Of a stretch of 64,000 nucleotides of DNA, positions 45,225 through 57,196 are shown piece after piece; within the stretch, counting starts at the first letter, position 1, and the number at the start of each line of letters is the position of its first letter. The position numbers and the translations under genes are program-made. The notes under the pieces were generated by a model. That model was given only the letters and a program-made list of their open reading frames with translations. It had not been told where the DNA came from and made no database searches. The stretch covers positions 2,666,001 through 2,730,000 of the forward strand of contig NC_088308.1 of assembly GCF_910592395.1 (NCBI RefSeq). The letters run 5' to 3'. Origin of the DNA: Lineus longissimus (Eukaryota).

Positions 45225-45332
45225 AAGACTGATGTGGCCTGGCTGTGACTCTCTCGTCATGTTGTCAACACGGTAGAGCAGCCAGGACTGATTCGGCTTG
45301 GATGTGACTGTCTCATCTCTCTCACCATGCAC
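45225..45332. repeat. Partial ~65-bp minisatellite units (same family as 47822-48097)
   Basis: aagactgatgtggccttggctgtgact...gtcaacacggtagagcagccaggactgattcggc matches the units at 47822-48097. Confidence 0.75.
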
Positions 45333-45486
45333 TGATCTGATATGGCAGTGATGCAGGGCAGAGACATGTGGTAACATTACATAGAGCTTGTTAAAATGTC
45401 AAGTTGTGGTAAATACATGGCTGGGATTGAGCAAAGTGGAATTAATTCTCAATCTGTGGTTGATTCAGGCCATCACAGAAATATGC

Positions 45487-45529
45487 TTTTTGGCTCACCG
45501 TAAGGGGAGTCTATACGATAGCGCTGTGT

Positions 45530-45584
<55 letters not shown>

Positions 45585-47225
45585 ATCCTAACAGTGGCAC
45601 GTTTCTTAACTGCTAGGGCTATGAACTTGAAACTTTGTACACAGAATGCCCTAGGTCAGCTGATCTCTGACACTGATTATCGGTCCGATCTGATTCTCTG
45701 TTTGGCCACCAGGGGGCCAAATGTCGATATCTAAAAAGTGTGATATCTCGCTTATTAGTGACTTGTTTTCGATAAAACTTTTGTTATAGGTACTCATAGC
45801 AAATATACATTTTGTATTATACGGGTTTTTAATTTGACCTTGTTTTCAAGGTCACAGAGGTCATATGGCGTAAATTGGCCATTAGAGTGTAAACTATGGC
45901 ACGTTTCTTAACCACTAAAGCTATGAACTTGAAACTTGGTACATATAACCCCCGATATCACATAGCCTCTGGTGCTGAATTTTGGTTTGATCTGATTCTC
46001 CACTTTGCCACCAGGGGGCCAAAAGTGGATATCTAAAAAGTGTGATATCTCGCTTATAAGTGACTTGTTTTCGATAAAATTTTTATGGTAGGTACTCTTA
46101 GGAAGAATACATCACATATCTTACGGGTTTTCAATTTGACCTACTTTTCAAGGTCACAGAGGTCATATGGCGTAAATTGGCCGTTAGAGTGTAAACTATG
46201 GCACGTTTCTTAACCACTAAAGCTATGAACTTGAAACTTGGTACATATAACCCCCTATATCACATAGCCTCTGGTGCTGAATTTCAGTTTGATCTGATTC
46301 TCAACTTTGCCACCAGGGGGCCAAAAGTGGATATCTAAAAAGTGTGATATCTCGCTTATAAGTGACTTGTTTTCGATAAAATTTTTATGGTAGGTACTCT
46401 TAGGAAGAATACATCACATGTCTTACGGGTTTTCAATTTGACCTACTTTTCAAGGTCACAGAGGTCATATGGCGTAAATTGGCCGTTAGAGTGTAAACTA
46501 TGGCACGTTTCTTAACCAGTAAAGCTATGAACTTGAAACTTGGTGCATATAACCCCCTACATCAGATAACCTTTGATGCCGAATTTTGGCCTGATCTGAT
46601 TCTTTATTCGGCCACCAGGGGGCCATAATGGAAAAAGGAAGAAGTGCAATATCTTGCTTATTTGAGTGAATTGTTTTCGATAAAATTTTTATGGCAGGGA
46701 CTTCTAGCAAGGATACACCACATGTCCTACGATTTTTGGATTTGACCTCCTTTTCTAGGTCACAGAGGTCAAATGGCGTAAATTGGCCATTAGAGTGTAA
46801 CTATGGCACGTTTCTTAACTGCTGAAGCTATGAACTTGAAAGTTGGTACATGTAACCCCCTACATCAGATAATCTCTGACACCGAATTATGGCCTGATCT
46901 GATTCTTGATTTGGCCACCAGGGAGTCAAAACTGAAAAAGTAGGACATGCAATATCTCGCTTATTAATGACTTTTTTTCGATGAATTTTTTATTGCAGGG
47001 ACTCTTAGCAATCACACGATATTGATCTTGTTGATGTCATAGACAATTATTGGTTGGATCATAAACTTATATATACTGCCCTGTCTTATTACTTGACATC
47101 AATACACATCTAAAAAAAGTCTTCATGCCTGATTGTGTTCACCATATTCACCTCTAAACTAAGCATGATCCTGCCTACTAAAAGATGTATACGGTGAGCA
47201 CAATGGCCCCTGGCCGTTTCATTTA
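45487..47225 (+). mobile_element. Helentron-associated interspersed element (HINE/pearl/DINE-1-like) with internal 302-bp tandem array
   Basis: T-rich 5' end, sub-terminal IR GCTCACCGTA (45493-45502) / TACGGTGAGC (47190-47199), (GTC)17 microsatellite at 45532-45582, ~4.7 tandem units (tggcacgtttcttaac at 45595, 45897, 46199, 46501, 46804), and a 3' GC stem-loop ggcccctggcc followed by a T-rich tail. Confidence 0.85.
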
Positions 47226-47502
47226 TAGTATTATTATATTTAAGAAAATGTGGTCTCACTGGTCAGTTTAGAACTTTACTATTTTGACAGGGCCAGATCA
47301 ATGCGCCAGTGACGTTTTGATGGATATGGTGTACGGAAATCATTTTTTCTCAGGCAATCGGTATTGGAATGTTTTGAAACTTTATTATGCTATTGGCAAA
47401 GGGTTCTTCTTGACACATATAAAATGTTGTGCAGATTGGGTGTACTTTTTTACCAAAACTTGTGAACAACAATGTACACTTAATGTACACAGTGTTTAAT
47501 AG

Positions 47503-47664
47503 AGGGCTCTGGCCTGCAGCGGTTTTTTTTAAAAGAACATCCGTAAAGCGGTTTCATTCCTTCCGACGTAGCTCAGCTGAGCTACGTCGAGCTGATAAGT
47601 TGATAGCTTATCGAGCTGATAAGCTAGACTGAGCTGATAAGCTGACATCCAACGACAGAACCCT
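47503..47664. repeat. Short element with imperfect terminal IR, a perfect 26-bp palindrome and GAGCTGATAAG repeats
   Basis: agggctctg (47503) / cagaaccct (47656) match at 8/9 positions; CGACGTAGCTCAGCTGAGCTACGTCG at 47564-47589 is self-complementary; gagctgataag occurs 3 times. Confidence 0.6.
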
Positions 47665-47821
47665 AGCGGCAAATCAAAGAACTAGAACCAATATTGTATA
47701 TTGCGTCTCAGAAAGGACTTATTGAGCCCTGGGGGGGGGGGGGGGGTTAAAAATGCTACAGCATGATGCCTGAGCAGAAATCCCGGCCCCCTACAAGAAG
47801 CCTAACACAGCAACTTCGGGT

Positions 47822-48097
47822 ACTGATTCGGCCTCGCTGTGACTGTCTTATCTTTCTCACCATTGTGACAACTTGGCAGAGCAGCAAAGACTGATTTGGC
47901 CTGGCTGTGACCGTCTCAACTCTCTCCTTGTCAACACGGTGGAGCAGTCAGGGCTGATTTGGCCTGGCTGTGACCGTCTCATCTCTCTCACCATGTTGAT
48001 AACTTGGCAGAGCAGCCAAGACTGATGTGGCCTGGCTGTGACTGTCTCATCTCTCCCATCATGTTGTCAACACGGTGGATCAGCCAGGACTGATTCT
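47822..48097. repeat. Minisatellite, ~63-68-bp units in alternating A/B variants
   Basis: ctgat(t/g)tggcctggctgtgac units begin at ~47822, 47890, 47953, 48021 and 48089. Their ends alternate between aacttggcagagcagc and caacacggtgga. Confidence 0.88.
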
Positions 48098-48194
48098 GCA
48101 AAAAAAACTTTTCTGCAAAAATACAGGGTGAACATGAAAAGCAGGAAAAACCTGAGTATAAGAACAATTCATGTCATAGAAGAAAGCAATATTA

Positions 48195-48590
48195 CTAACA
48201 CGGGCTGCAGAGGGGACATCTACAACAGGTGACCCAGCTGCAGGCTGATTCAACATTAAAATAATTAATCTTACGACTATAAAATTCTTCAAAACGTTTC
48301 TTGAATAAGTCATTATTTTCTAAAGCTCTAAAGTCATATGGTAAAACATTCCAAATATTTACAACACGGTTAAAAAAGGACTGCAAATGCGCTTCAGTTC
48401 TACAGCGGCCAAGACGTAAAACTAAAGCAAAGTATCACCTCTCCTTGACGTAAAATTTACAAGGTCATCAATATTCATTGAGTAAATACCGAGAAAACAA
48501 CTCTGAAGGAAAACAAGATCAATAACTTCTCTGCGGTAGGATAAAGGTAACAACTCAAGAAGAGACAAACGCTCAAGAGATTTCCAGCAG
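48195..48590 (-). mobile_element. CR1-group LINE 3' fragment (decayed)
   Basis: Minus-strand translation ERLSLLELLPLSYRREVIDLVFL...SFFNRVVNIWNVLP...SWVTCCRCPLC is typical of a CR1 ORF2 C-terminus; it is interrupted by a stop. Confidence 0.8.
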
Positions 48591-49330
48591 ACCCGAGCAC
48601 GTGTCTCGTGGCGCTGGCACGGCGCTGGACCCTCTCCAAAGAAAGATAACTGTGGAAACACCCGATTCCCCTGATTCTGCAGGATGTTAAATGTTAAATC
48701 GGGCATTTTATTACTTTAAATAAATCATAAGCGTCGCATTTGTTCCTAGCTCTGTTCACCGGACATTTCACGGAAAACCCCAAATATTATACATTTCTAC
48801 CTGGATAATTCTTACACTGACCATTCTCCCGTGGAAGACAGTTGCTTACGCTACACAAAATTTTTTAAAAAATCGAGGGTCAACCATTGATGAACTTTTG
48901 AGATATGTTGTTGAATTTTGCACAAATCAGCGAAAAAAGCAACAACTGGCAGTGGACGGCATTTCAACACGCGGCCGACGCACATCCCAAGTTCAGTGTA
49001 CACATACGTCGGCAACAACAATAAAATTGCTTAGTTTCTTGTTAGCCGCCTATTGAGTAGCGCTCTAGGTTTCAGAAACTCCAAAAAACATGTATTTGCC
49101 AAAACAACTGCTAAATCAACACTGGCATGCTGTGAGAACCAAGAAATCAATGATTTTTTAGGAACACCGGCCGCGCATGAATACAAAATAAAAGCTAATG
49201 AGACCTGACAGGACTGGCGAGCCAACTGTGGCAGAGACAGTAGGTCGAATGAGGCATGACAACAATAATCACCACTGACGACGCTTGGAGAACGGCCGAC
49301 AGGTAGCGCGCAGGTTCATTGCTCATGCGT

Positions 49331-49375
49331 TGTTTATGTATCCCTTAGCAACTGAAGCCAGCATAAGTTGCCATC
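49331..49375. promoter_or_regulatory. RFX X-box-like and forkhead motifs upstream of CFAP52
   Basis: TGTTTAT (49331), GTATCCCTTAGCAAC (49338-49352) and GTTGCCAT (49367) all lie within 80 bp of the ATG at 49410. Confidence 0.55.
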
Positions 49376-49409
49376 GCTGGACAGTGGATCGCTTAGATTT
49401 TCGAGAAAA

Positions 49410-52400
49410 ATGAACACAAACGGGTCAGCAAAAGGGTCCAGGAGGGGCCAATGTGAACAGATAGATGATCCTCAACCAGGTCTTCAACGATTAGAGCTCA
49501 TCGGTGCTATTGGATTCGATGGTAAGCATATTTTTACAACATTTTGCCTGCCATGTTTTTCAAAACTGGTTGACATATTTTCGCAGTGTAACGTTGTGTG
49601 CATTTTACAATGCATTAGCATAGGACTGAAAACAGGTCTATCGGACTATTGGCTGACAAGGAGAAACATTGGACTGAGTAGATATCTTCGCAAAAAGGAG
49701 CATGAGAAAGGCAGTATTCTTCGTGTGGATAAAACGTCTTACTTGCTAGAGACAAGTGGAGAAAAATGCATTAGGCCTAGTACGCGTCGCATCAGTCTTC
49801 TTTCTTACTAATCTTAGCTCATCCTGATAATAGTTCCTATTTGGTTTAATTGATCATGATAAGTTGACTTTTCCTGCTGTCAGTGTCACTGTCATCTCAT
49901 TGTATACAATCAAAGACAAGTGTCATTTAAGTGCAGCAGAATGCTTTCAAAATTTGGTCGACCAAATAACATTACATTGATTGGGTGATTGACCTTTAAA
50001 TCTTCTTCAGGCGATGTTTGTGGTGGTCTCTTGGTAGTACAGCGAGGAAAACAGCAATCCTTAGTTTATCCCCTTGGCAGCACAATCATTGTTGCTGATA
50101 TAGAGGGCAAAGAACCTCAGAAGTTCCTGACTGGACATACTCAGGATGTCACTTGTGTGGCTGCATCGAAAGATGGAACCCGCCTGGCTTCTGGACAGGT
50201 TACGCATCAAGGCTTCATGGTAAGTTCTTCATTTTAAAACAGAAGTCAGGACATCTGATCAGATATATATCACCACGTCATGCGTATTATGGCCAAAATT
50301 TCATCGAGAATAACGTCATGACTAAAATGGCAATTGCAATGAAATATCACCTTGGGCTTCTGACGTTCGTAGACGGTAGCTAGAGTCACAGAGTCTTAGA
50401 AAACAGCCTTTTGGTTGGTTAGGTTTTGTTTTGCCCTGTGAAGAGAGAAGACAGGTTCCAATAAAGTTGTTTAGATTCTTTAATCAATCCTCATCACATT
50501 TTCAGGCTGACATCATCATCTGGAATCTTGAGACCATGTGTGAGAGCAAGAGATTTGTTCTCCACAAAGTAAAAGTTGAGGCCCTTGCATTTTCTCCAAA
50601 TGGCTGCTACCTGTTGTCATTAGGAGGACAAGATGATGGAAGGTAAGGTGTTAGAATTGATAATTAATCCTAGTTTTGCACGTGGGGTGGGGGTATCAAA
50701 GTAAAAAGATTGAGCAAATCTATGCATATTTGAAATTTTTCTAACCTGTCGAACAACAGTCATTTTGTCGAATTTCTTTGAAATTTTGTGTTTGTGACTA
50801 CTGACTAATGTAAGCTTATAGATGAGGGCATAAGAACTTTACTGGTCTGTCTAACAATTCCCTTCCAAGTAATCTCCAAGGAAACTTTAGGGCAAGATGA
50901 TCAAATTTCTTTGAGTTGCATCTATCAATCTTTTTTCAGTGTTGTGATCTGGGATGTAAACAAACAGACAGACAAGAAGAAGTCCAACTTATCAGCCATA
51001 TGTGGTCACCCTGCCCAAGTTATGTCAGCCGGAAATACCAAATGTGTAGCGTATGCAAACAAAACAGACAATATCTTCGTAACTGGAGGAGAGTAAGTAA
51101 TCTAGTGGAGTTTTGTTACAAATTTCATTTGAGAGCAATAAAAAAAAAGTAATCAAATAGTAGAGAAATTACTTGAGAGTGCAACTGTTGCATTATTGAT
51201 GTCTGGAACCTGTATGATTGATGGCATTAGTCCTTTGATTTGTCCCCTCGCACTGTTATAATATGATACCCGCAACTCTCTCTTCCAGTTCCACTCTCCG
51301 AGTTTGGAAACTAGATGTCCAGAGCCGAAAGATGATTCCAACTGATGTAAACATGGGTCAAGTCAAGAGAACTATACTTTGCATGCAGGTAAGAAATGTT
51401 GGTTTTGACGAGGTGCCTTTTGTTTTGTTAGTAAATGTTGTTATTTTACCTGTGATAGGCTTTAGGGTGACTCCACAGCTTCTACACTAGACGTACACTA
51501 GCCAAGACTCAGTTAAAACCAAATACTGAGCTTCTAATAAAAACATCTGCAAGCAGCAGAATGTCAACATGAACTGTGTTTCTGTAAGAGTTTCAACAGC
51601 TTACCAATGGGTTGAATATTGATGTGTTCATTGACTCAAGATTACATTGAGAAACCATTCCAAACTTCGAAATAACTTCAGGTACATGTAGTTGGATTTG
51701 TCTTTCTTAATTACCTTATTGATATCGTGAGTTGTCTATTTTCTCTTCAGATGGCAGAGGATGACAAAACATTCTACTGTGGCACTACAACTGGAGACAT
51801 CTTACTGATCAATGCAGAGACACATCTCTTCCAACGTTTCGTGGAAGGCAAAGAATTGTTCCAAATCGGTGTAACAGCGTTGAAATTACTCTCAAATAAA
51901 GACCTCATCATTGGCGCTGGTGACGGAACAGTGGCTGTCCTCAAGGAGGGGGCGAAGAAAGTATGGTAGGTATATATTTGGTGGTGTGGATTTGAATTGG
52001 GCCAAAAATCTAGACATCAGTTTGTGGCCGTTAAGATTTCAGTTATGCCCTCATTTTCTCCTGTGTCATATGCTAATAATACCTAGTTCTGATGTTGTAG
52101 AAGTGTAGCCAAGTAGTTGAAATACTGTATGACTTGTACAGCAGATACTCCATAATGAAGACACAATTGTGGTCACTTTACCAGCTACCGGGAACAGTCA
52201 ACCTCAGTGAATAATGAATATTCATGTAATTATAAAATTTCTTCCTTGCAGCAAAAAGACAAAAGTCAATGGCAAAATCACATCGATTGCGCTTCGTGGA
52301 AAAGGACATCAATTTTTCGTTGGAACAGATACATCACATACATACAAGTTCAGCTTTGATGAATTTAAGTGCGAACTGATTGGAACAAGCCATTACAATG

Positions 52401-54698
52401 CGGTCAATGATATCGCTTTTGCAAGGTGAGCCTAACTGTCGCTTTCAAATACATAAAAGTCCTCAAATACATGTGATGCTGAGTTGGGTTGCGAAGTGGA
52501 ACGTCTTAGTGCGTTTTCCAAATGACATTTCGGACGTCGTTTGAGATCAACTGGTTTAACTTTTATCTCAAATAATTCAGATGATAGAAAACACCTTGAT
52601 TATAAATCAATGTTTTCTCTTTTGCAGGGCAACTGGTTCACTGTTCACCACCTGTGCCAGAGAAGATGTACGAGTGTGGCATGCCAGCAACAAGGGGATA
52701 GTGAAAGAGTTATTGCGGATAAAGGTGGCCAACATGGAGTGCAATGCTGTAGAGATTTTACCAAAGGGAAATGGCATTGTCACAGGTAAGTTAAAAGTCT
52801 ACTACACTTATTATTTGTGACCCGCTCTACCAAAACTAGGCGCTTGTCGCATCTGAACTTGACAGGTTGATACTGACTTGTTGTTCATTTCCCTATTGTA
52901 GACCTTTTGTGAAATGTGACCAAATCAGTTTGTAATAGATTTCACAAAAGGTTTACAATAGGGGAATGAACAACAAGTCCGTATCAACCTGTCGAGTTCA
53001 GATGCGACAAGCACCTAGTTTTGGTAGAGCGAGTCACATTTTGTTATGGCAAAAAAACATGAAATCTTAATTTCTACATAGCTTAAGAAAAACATTAATC
53101 ACTGATCATCAAAATAAAGGTTTCTTGACTGAATATTTCCTCATTACCTACAATATTGGATGCTGTACCCATAGAATTGGAGTACTCCTAAACTAATACT
53201 AACTCTTTATGTAAAGATCACAGTAAAGTAATGATATGATAAGCCAAAACCAAATCTTTTCCTTCTGAGGTCATCTTGCAACAGCAAGAAGACTAAGCAG
53301 TTTGAATTCATGCTTGCGTTCAAACCATCTTGTTAATGATTGTTTATGATTGTTTTTTTCAGGCTGGGATGATGGTAAAATTAAATGTTTCACTCCAGAA
53401 AAAGGGAAAATTATGTTCACTATTGAGGATGGTCACAACCTTGGTGTAACCGCTCTAGCCTGTATGTGCGATCCTAAAGATGCCACCTTCAAGTTAGTTA
53501 CTGGTGGAGGTGATGGCCAAGTCCGTGTGTGGTCTATCATGAAAACGTACACAACCAGTGGGAAGGAAACCTACGTGAGCCATCTGGATGAGACAATGAA
53601 AGAGCACAAGGCTTTGGTTTCCTTTATCAAGTTGAAGAGAGATGATATGGAGTGCGTCTCTGCGAGTTCTGACGGTACATGCATCATCTGGGATTTGGTG
53701 TAAGTACAGAGGTAGAACACCTATTTATTGTTCACCTGCCGGAAGTGTCTTCAGACTGTCCTTGATTAAGAAATGCACATCTTGATTTAATATCGAATAC
53801 AAAATTTTTTAATTGAATACAAGGAAAGAGCACCTGGATTAAAAAAATAACTGATATTGAATTGACCAACTGAAGCTTGGTTTCTTTATAGAGATGTATC
53901 CTAAATTCAGCAGTGTCCTCTGAGGGATGTTGAATACGATTTTAAAACTGTATGAATTCTCTCAATTTTCAGTACACATGTGAGGAAGCAGATCATGTTC
54001 GCCAACACGCTGTTCAAGGGCGTCTGCTACAACCATCAGGAGAACCAGGTGATCACCTGTGGAACAGACCGAAAGATTGGATACTGGGACACCTACAATG
54101 GCGAAATTCGACGAGAACTTGATGGATCAAAAGCTGGATCAGTGAATGGCGTGGATATCTCACCGTGTGGAAAGTACTTTGTCTCTGGTCATGAAGACAA
54201 AATGCTCAAGGTATGTCGTTGTTTTGTCCTGGATCCCCAGATACAGAAAGGATGAGGAACACAGAGAGATAATGATCGTCTGGTGCTATATAGTTCCTCT
54301 GAACAGTTCTAGGATGTATCAGCCAATGCACACCAAATATAAAGCTAGACCAAACATTTGGGTTTTCGAGAAACATGTGAGAGAAGTCAAGTATGGTAGG
54401 CACTAAAACATTTCTAGTGCTCTTCAACTTATGGTAGTTTGAGAAGTTTAAGAAATGCATTTGCATCATGCAGTTGGTGTTTGCATCATGTGATCTTATA
54501 CACGAAAAGTAAATGACAAACCTCCACTTTCTATTTTGACAGGTTTGGCTTTATGACGAAGGCGAAGTGACACATGTTGGTATCGGACATTCCGGGCCCA
54601 TCACCCGTGTAAGGGTATGCCCAGTTGGACGCTCTATCATCTCAACAAGCACAGACGGTGCTGTCCTCATTTGGCGATGCCCCAACTTTCTTCACTGA
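49410..54698 (+). CDS. CFAP52: Cilia- and flagella-associated protein 52 (WDR16), WD40 repeat, ~662 aa
   Basis: Exons 49410-49521, 50011-50219, 50506-50642, 50940-51092, 51289-51388, 51751-51965, 52252-52425, 52628-52785, 53363-53699, 53973-54210, 54543-54698 (1989 nt, in phase). Motifs LELIGAIGFDG, YPLGSTII, LASGQVTHQGFMADIIIW, LHKVKVEALAFSPNG..LLSLGGQDDG, QVITCGTDRKIGYW, RELDGS and VWLYDEGEVTHVGIGHSG. Confidence 0.95.
52816..53038. mobile_element. Foldback/MITE: ~100-bp near-perfect inverted arms in CFAP52 intron 8
   Basis: tgtgacccgctctaccaaaactagg...ttttgtgaaat and atttcacaaaagg...cctagttttggtagagcgagtcaca are reverse complements with only a few mismatches around a ~22-bp spacer. Confidence 0.88.
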
Positions 54699-56187
54699 TA
54701 AGTTTGACGCTATTTAAATTTGCAAGAGACTACTAGTAAAATTCTTTCACAAAAAAAACACTATGAGGATTTGAAAGGACTGTTACTTTTGACCACAGAA
54801 AACATGTGGAGACAGTGTACATTGACAGCTATGGGAACTGAAGAATTATCCATTAAAATTTGATTTGATCCGTCCATATTTGATAATTCATCTGTATTTT
54901 GCATCTTGGGGTAGATTTTGCTGTCGACTTCAGTTGATAGTTTCAACTTAGATTGGATGTTACCACTCAGATTGCAGAGTTGATGATGCTGAAGATGTTG
55001 TCAACATCTTTTAATGTAACATTTTGAATGATTAATTTTGCAGCTGCCTGCATGAACTTGATTAGTTTGTTTATTCGATTTCAAGAATTTCAGTATTGTG
55101 GATATTCTTTGAATCGACAATAAATGGAAACCAAATTTATGATTAAAAGATAAAAACCACAGGAGCACTCTCATTGTCTGTGAACAAATTGCACTAGGAT
55201 TTCATTAAAAAACCAAAGTTTGTTGAACAAATATCCGATTTTAAAAGTTTTTAAAAGCATAAATGGTGATTTCACATTCACATCACTAGTACTATTAGAA
55301 ATGTTGCATAAAACGTGGCAGTTGATGAGGTTGAATTCAGAAAAACAGTGCAGTTGGTGCCAGTTCAAGGAGACAACTCATTTTCTCTGGTGGATTTCAG
55401 TAACATTCCAAAGTTGATGTTGTGTCAAGCTATGACGTGTATTTGCTGACCCACTGTCACATCTATGGTTGATTTCACAATGATATCTTTCAGTGGGACA
55501 CATTGATGAATCGAAAGATTTCGTGATAGTTGAGTATTCACTTCTCTCTGTGAGTGCTATTTGTGCTACCTGCTTGATGTACTGTAGAAAAATTCTTGGT
55601 TTCTTACTTTCCTAACAAAAGCAATGAGGAGGTGTGTCTTCATTGTAACTTTCTCCAGACAATTTGTTAAAATACTTCTGTAAATTGATGACACAAATGT
55701 ACATATTATTTCTTCAGCTGAACACCATAGGCTGAAAATCAAAATCAGCATTGTGTATTGAGTAGATGTGATAATATTTAGTAGTGTGAGTTACATAATT
55801 ACAAAACATTGTTATTGTATTCATTTTTGTATAAATAAATTCATCACCTTTAAATATTTTGTCAGGTTAAATAAATGTGGTCCTTGAAACAGGAGTATTG
55901 TCCTCTTGAAAAGACCCAATATGCACCAGTCAAAATGGCCTCACTTCATTGCAACGGCTGAAGTGACGTTACAGCAGCAAATAGGAAAATGCCTCTCCAA
56001 TTTGTCCAACACAATTGTTGGCAAATATGCCTGGGAAATCTCGGACACCCCGACTTCACAGAGGCAGATACATTCCAGTTGTCGAGAAAACACAATGTAA
56101 AGGTCCAAAGAAACACCTGCAACTTAGGTTGGCACTCAACTTTGTCCTTGAACTTGGTGATAGAATGCCACTTTAGTTATACGTCTA

Positions 56188-56742
56188 TTTTGAAGTCTTT
56201 TCCCCTGGTTAGCGAGACTTGAGTCACAACCATTGATAAGACACTATTCGATGCATCGTCTCTTTTGAAAAAGTCTTTCACCTGGCTGCCTTGACTGAGT
56301 GACAACCATTGAATGGACACCACCCTATGTGCCTGGTCTTCATCAACACCTGCCTACTTAGGATCCTTCGCCTCAAATGGACAGACTTGGTGACTCACAA
56401 GGACTGAGAGAACGAGTGAACAAGGGATGCTGGATCGGGTATACAGCGAGGAAACTGCCGACCAGCATCTCCCGACAAGCTATAACATGGAACCCACAAA
56501 GGGAACAGCAGGAGACACCTCGAAAGTGACGTAAAGACCATGGATGACTCTTGTCAAGACTGGAGAGAATTGCCAGGAAGAATAGCCAGCGGAGGCTTGT
56601 TCTCGACAGTCAATGCTCTCAGAGGAGCAAAGGACTCAAGTAATGTAAGTAACCCTATGCGCCCATTTTGAAGCCTTTAACCTGGTTGGCTAGACTTGAG
56701 TCATAACTACTGATAGGACACAACCCGATGCAACTATTTTGA
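56188..56742. repeat. ~80-bp degenerate minisatellite interrupted by the RTE insertion
   Basis: ttttgaagtctt..cctggtt..gacttgagtca.aac..tgata.gacac units occur at ~56188, ~56265 and ~56666. Confidence 0.7.
56334..56651 (+). mobile_element. RTE-clade LINE 3' fragment with TSD
   Basis: Decayed RILRLKWTDLVT...WIGYTARK...SISRQAITWNPQ (RTE C-terminus), a taag-type tail (caagtaatgtaagta) and a 12-bp TSD accctatg(t/c)gcc at 56322-56333 and 56652-56663. Confidence 0.8.
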
Positions 56743-57196
56743 AGACGATTACTGCAATATGGTGAAATAACCAGTAGTGCCCAGGTACTGTTCCTATCTT
56801 GGCTTTCTAAAGAAAACACCAATCACAAGCAACAAAATCTATCAGTGATTTAGTAATTTTATTTGTACAGGCAATAAATAAATCTTTCACAGAGTACGAT
56901 GTATATTACAGTGCAAAAGGTTGATCACAGCTAACAATATAAGCCCAATGATCTTTCAGGGTCATGAAGGAGGCATAGTGTGACTTAATGTTTCGAGCTC
57001 CAGGTCCAAGTTTCTTGGCTTAAAAGTTGCTCCATGTAGAGCAAACTGTAATTTTTCGGTTTTATGTCCAAAAAAATCATCCTGGCAGTGCATGACTAAG
57101 ATACAAGAAAACTGAAAGATGATGGAATGTTTCTGCCACCAGGAGCAAAGCGAAAACGCACTCATCATCTCAAAAGTCCAAATGTTCTATCTTGCG

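Noticed and set aside
45388..45591. Poly-valine ORF
   Set aside because: It is only the translation of the HINE (GTC)n microsatellite.
45595..48097. Tandem arrays as CRISPR-like repeats
   Set aside because: The units are contiguous with no unique spacers, the context is eukaryotic, and there are no cas genes.
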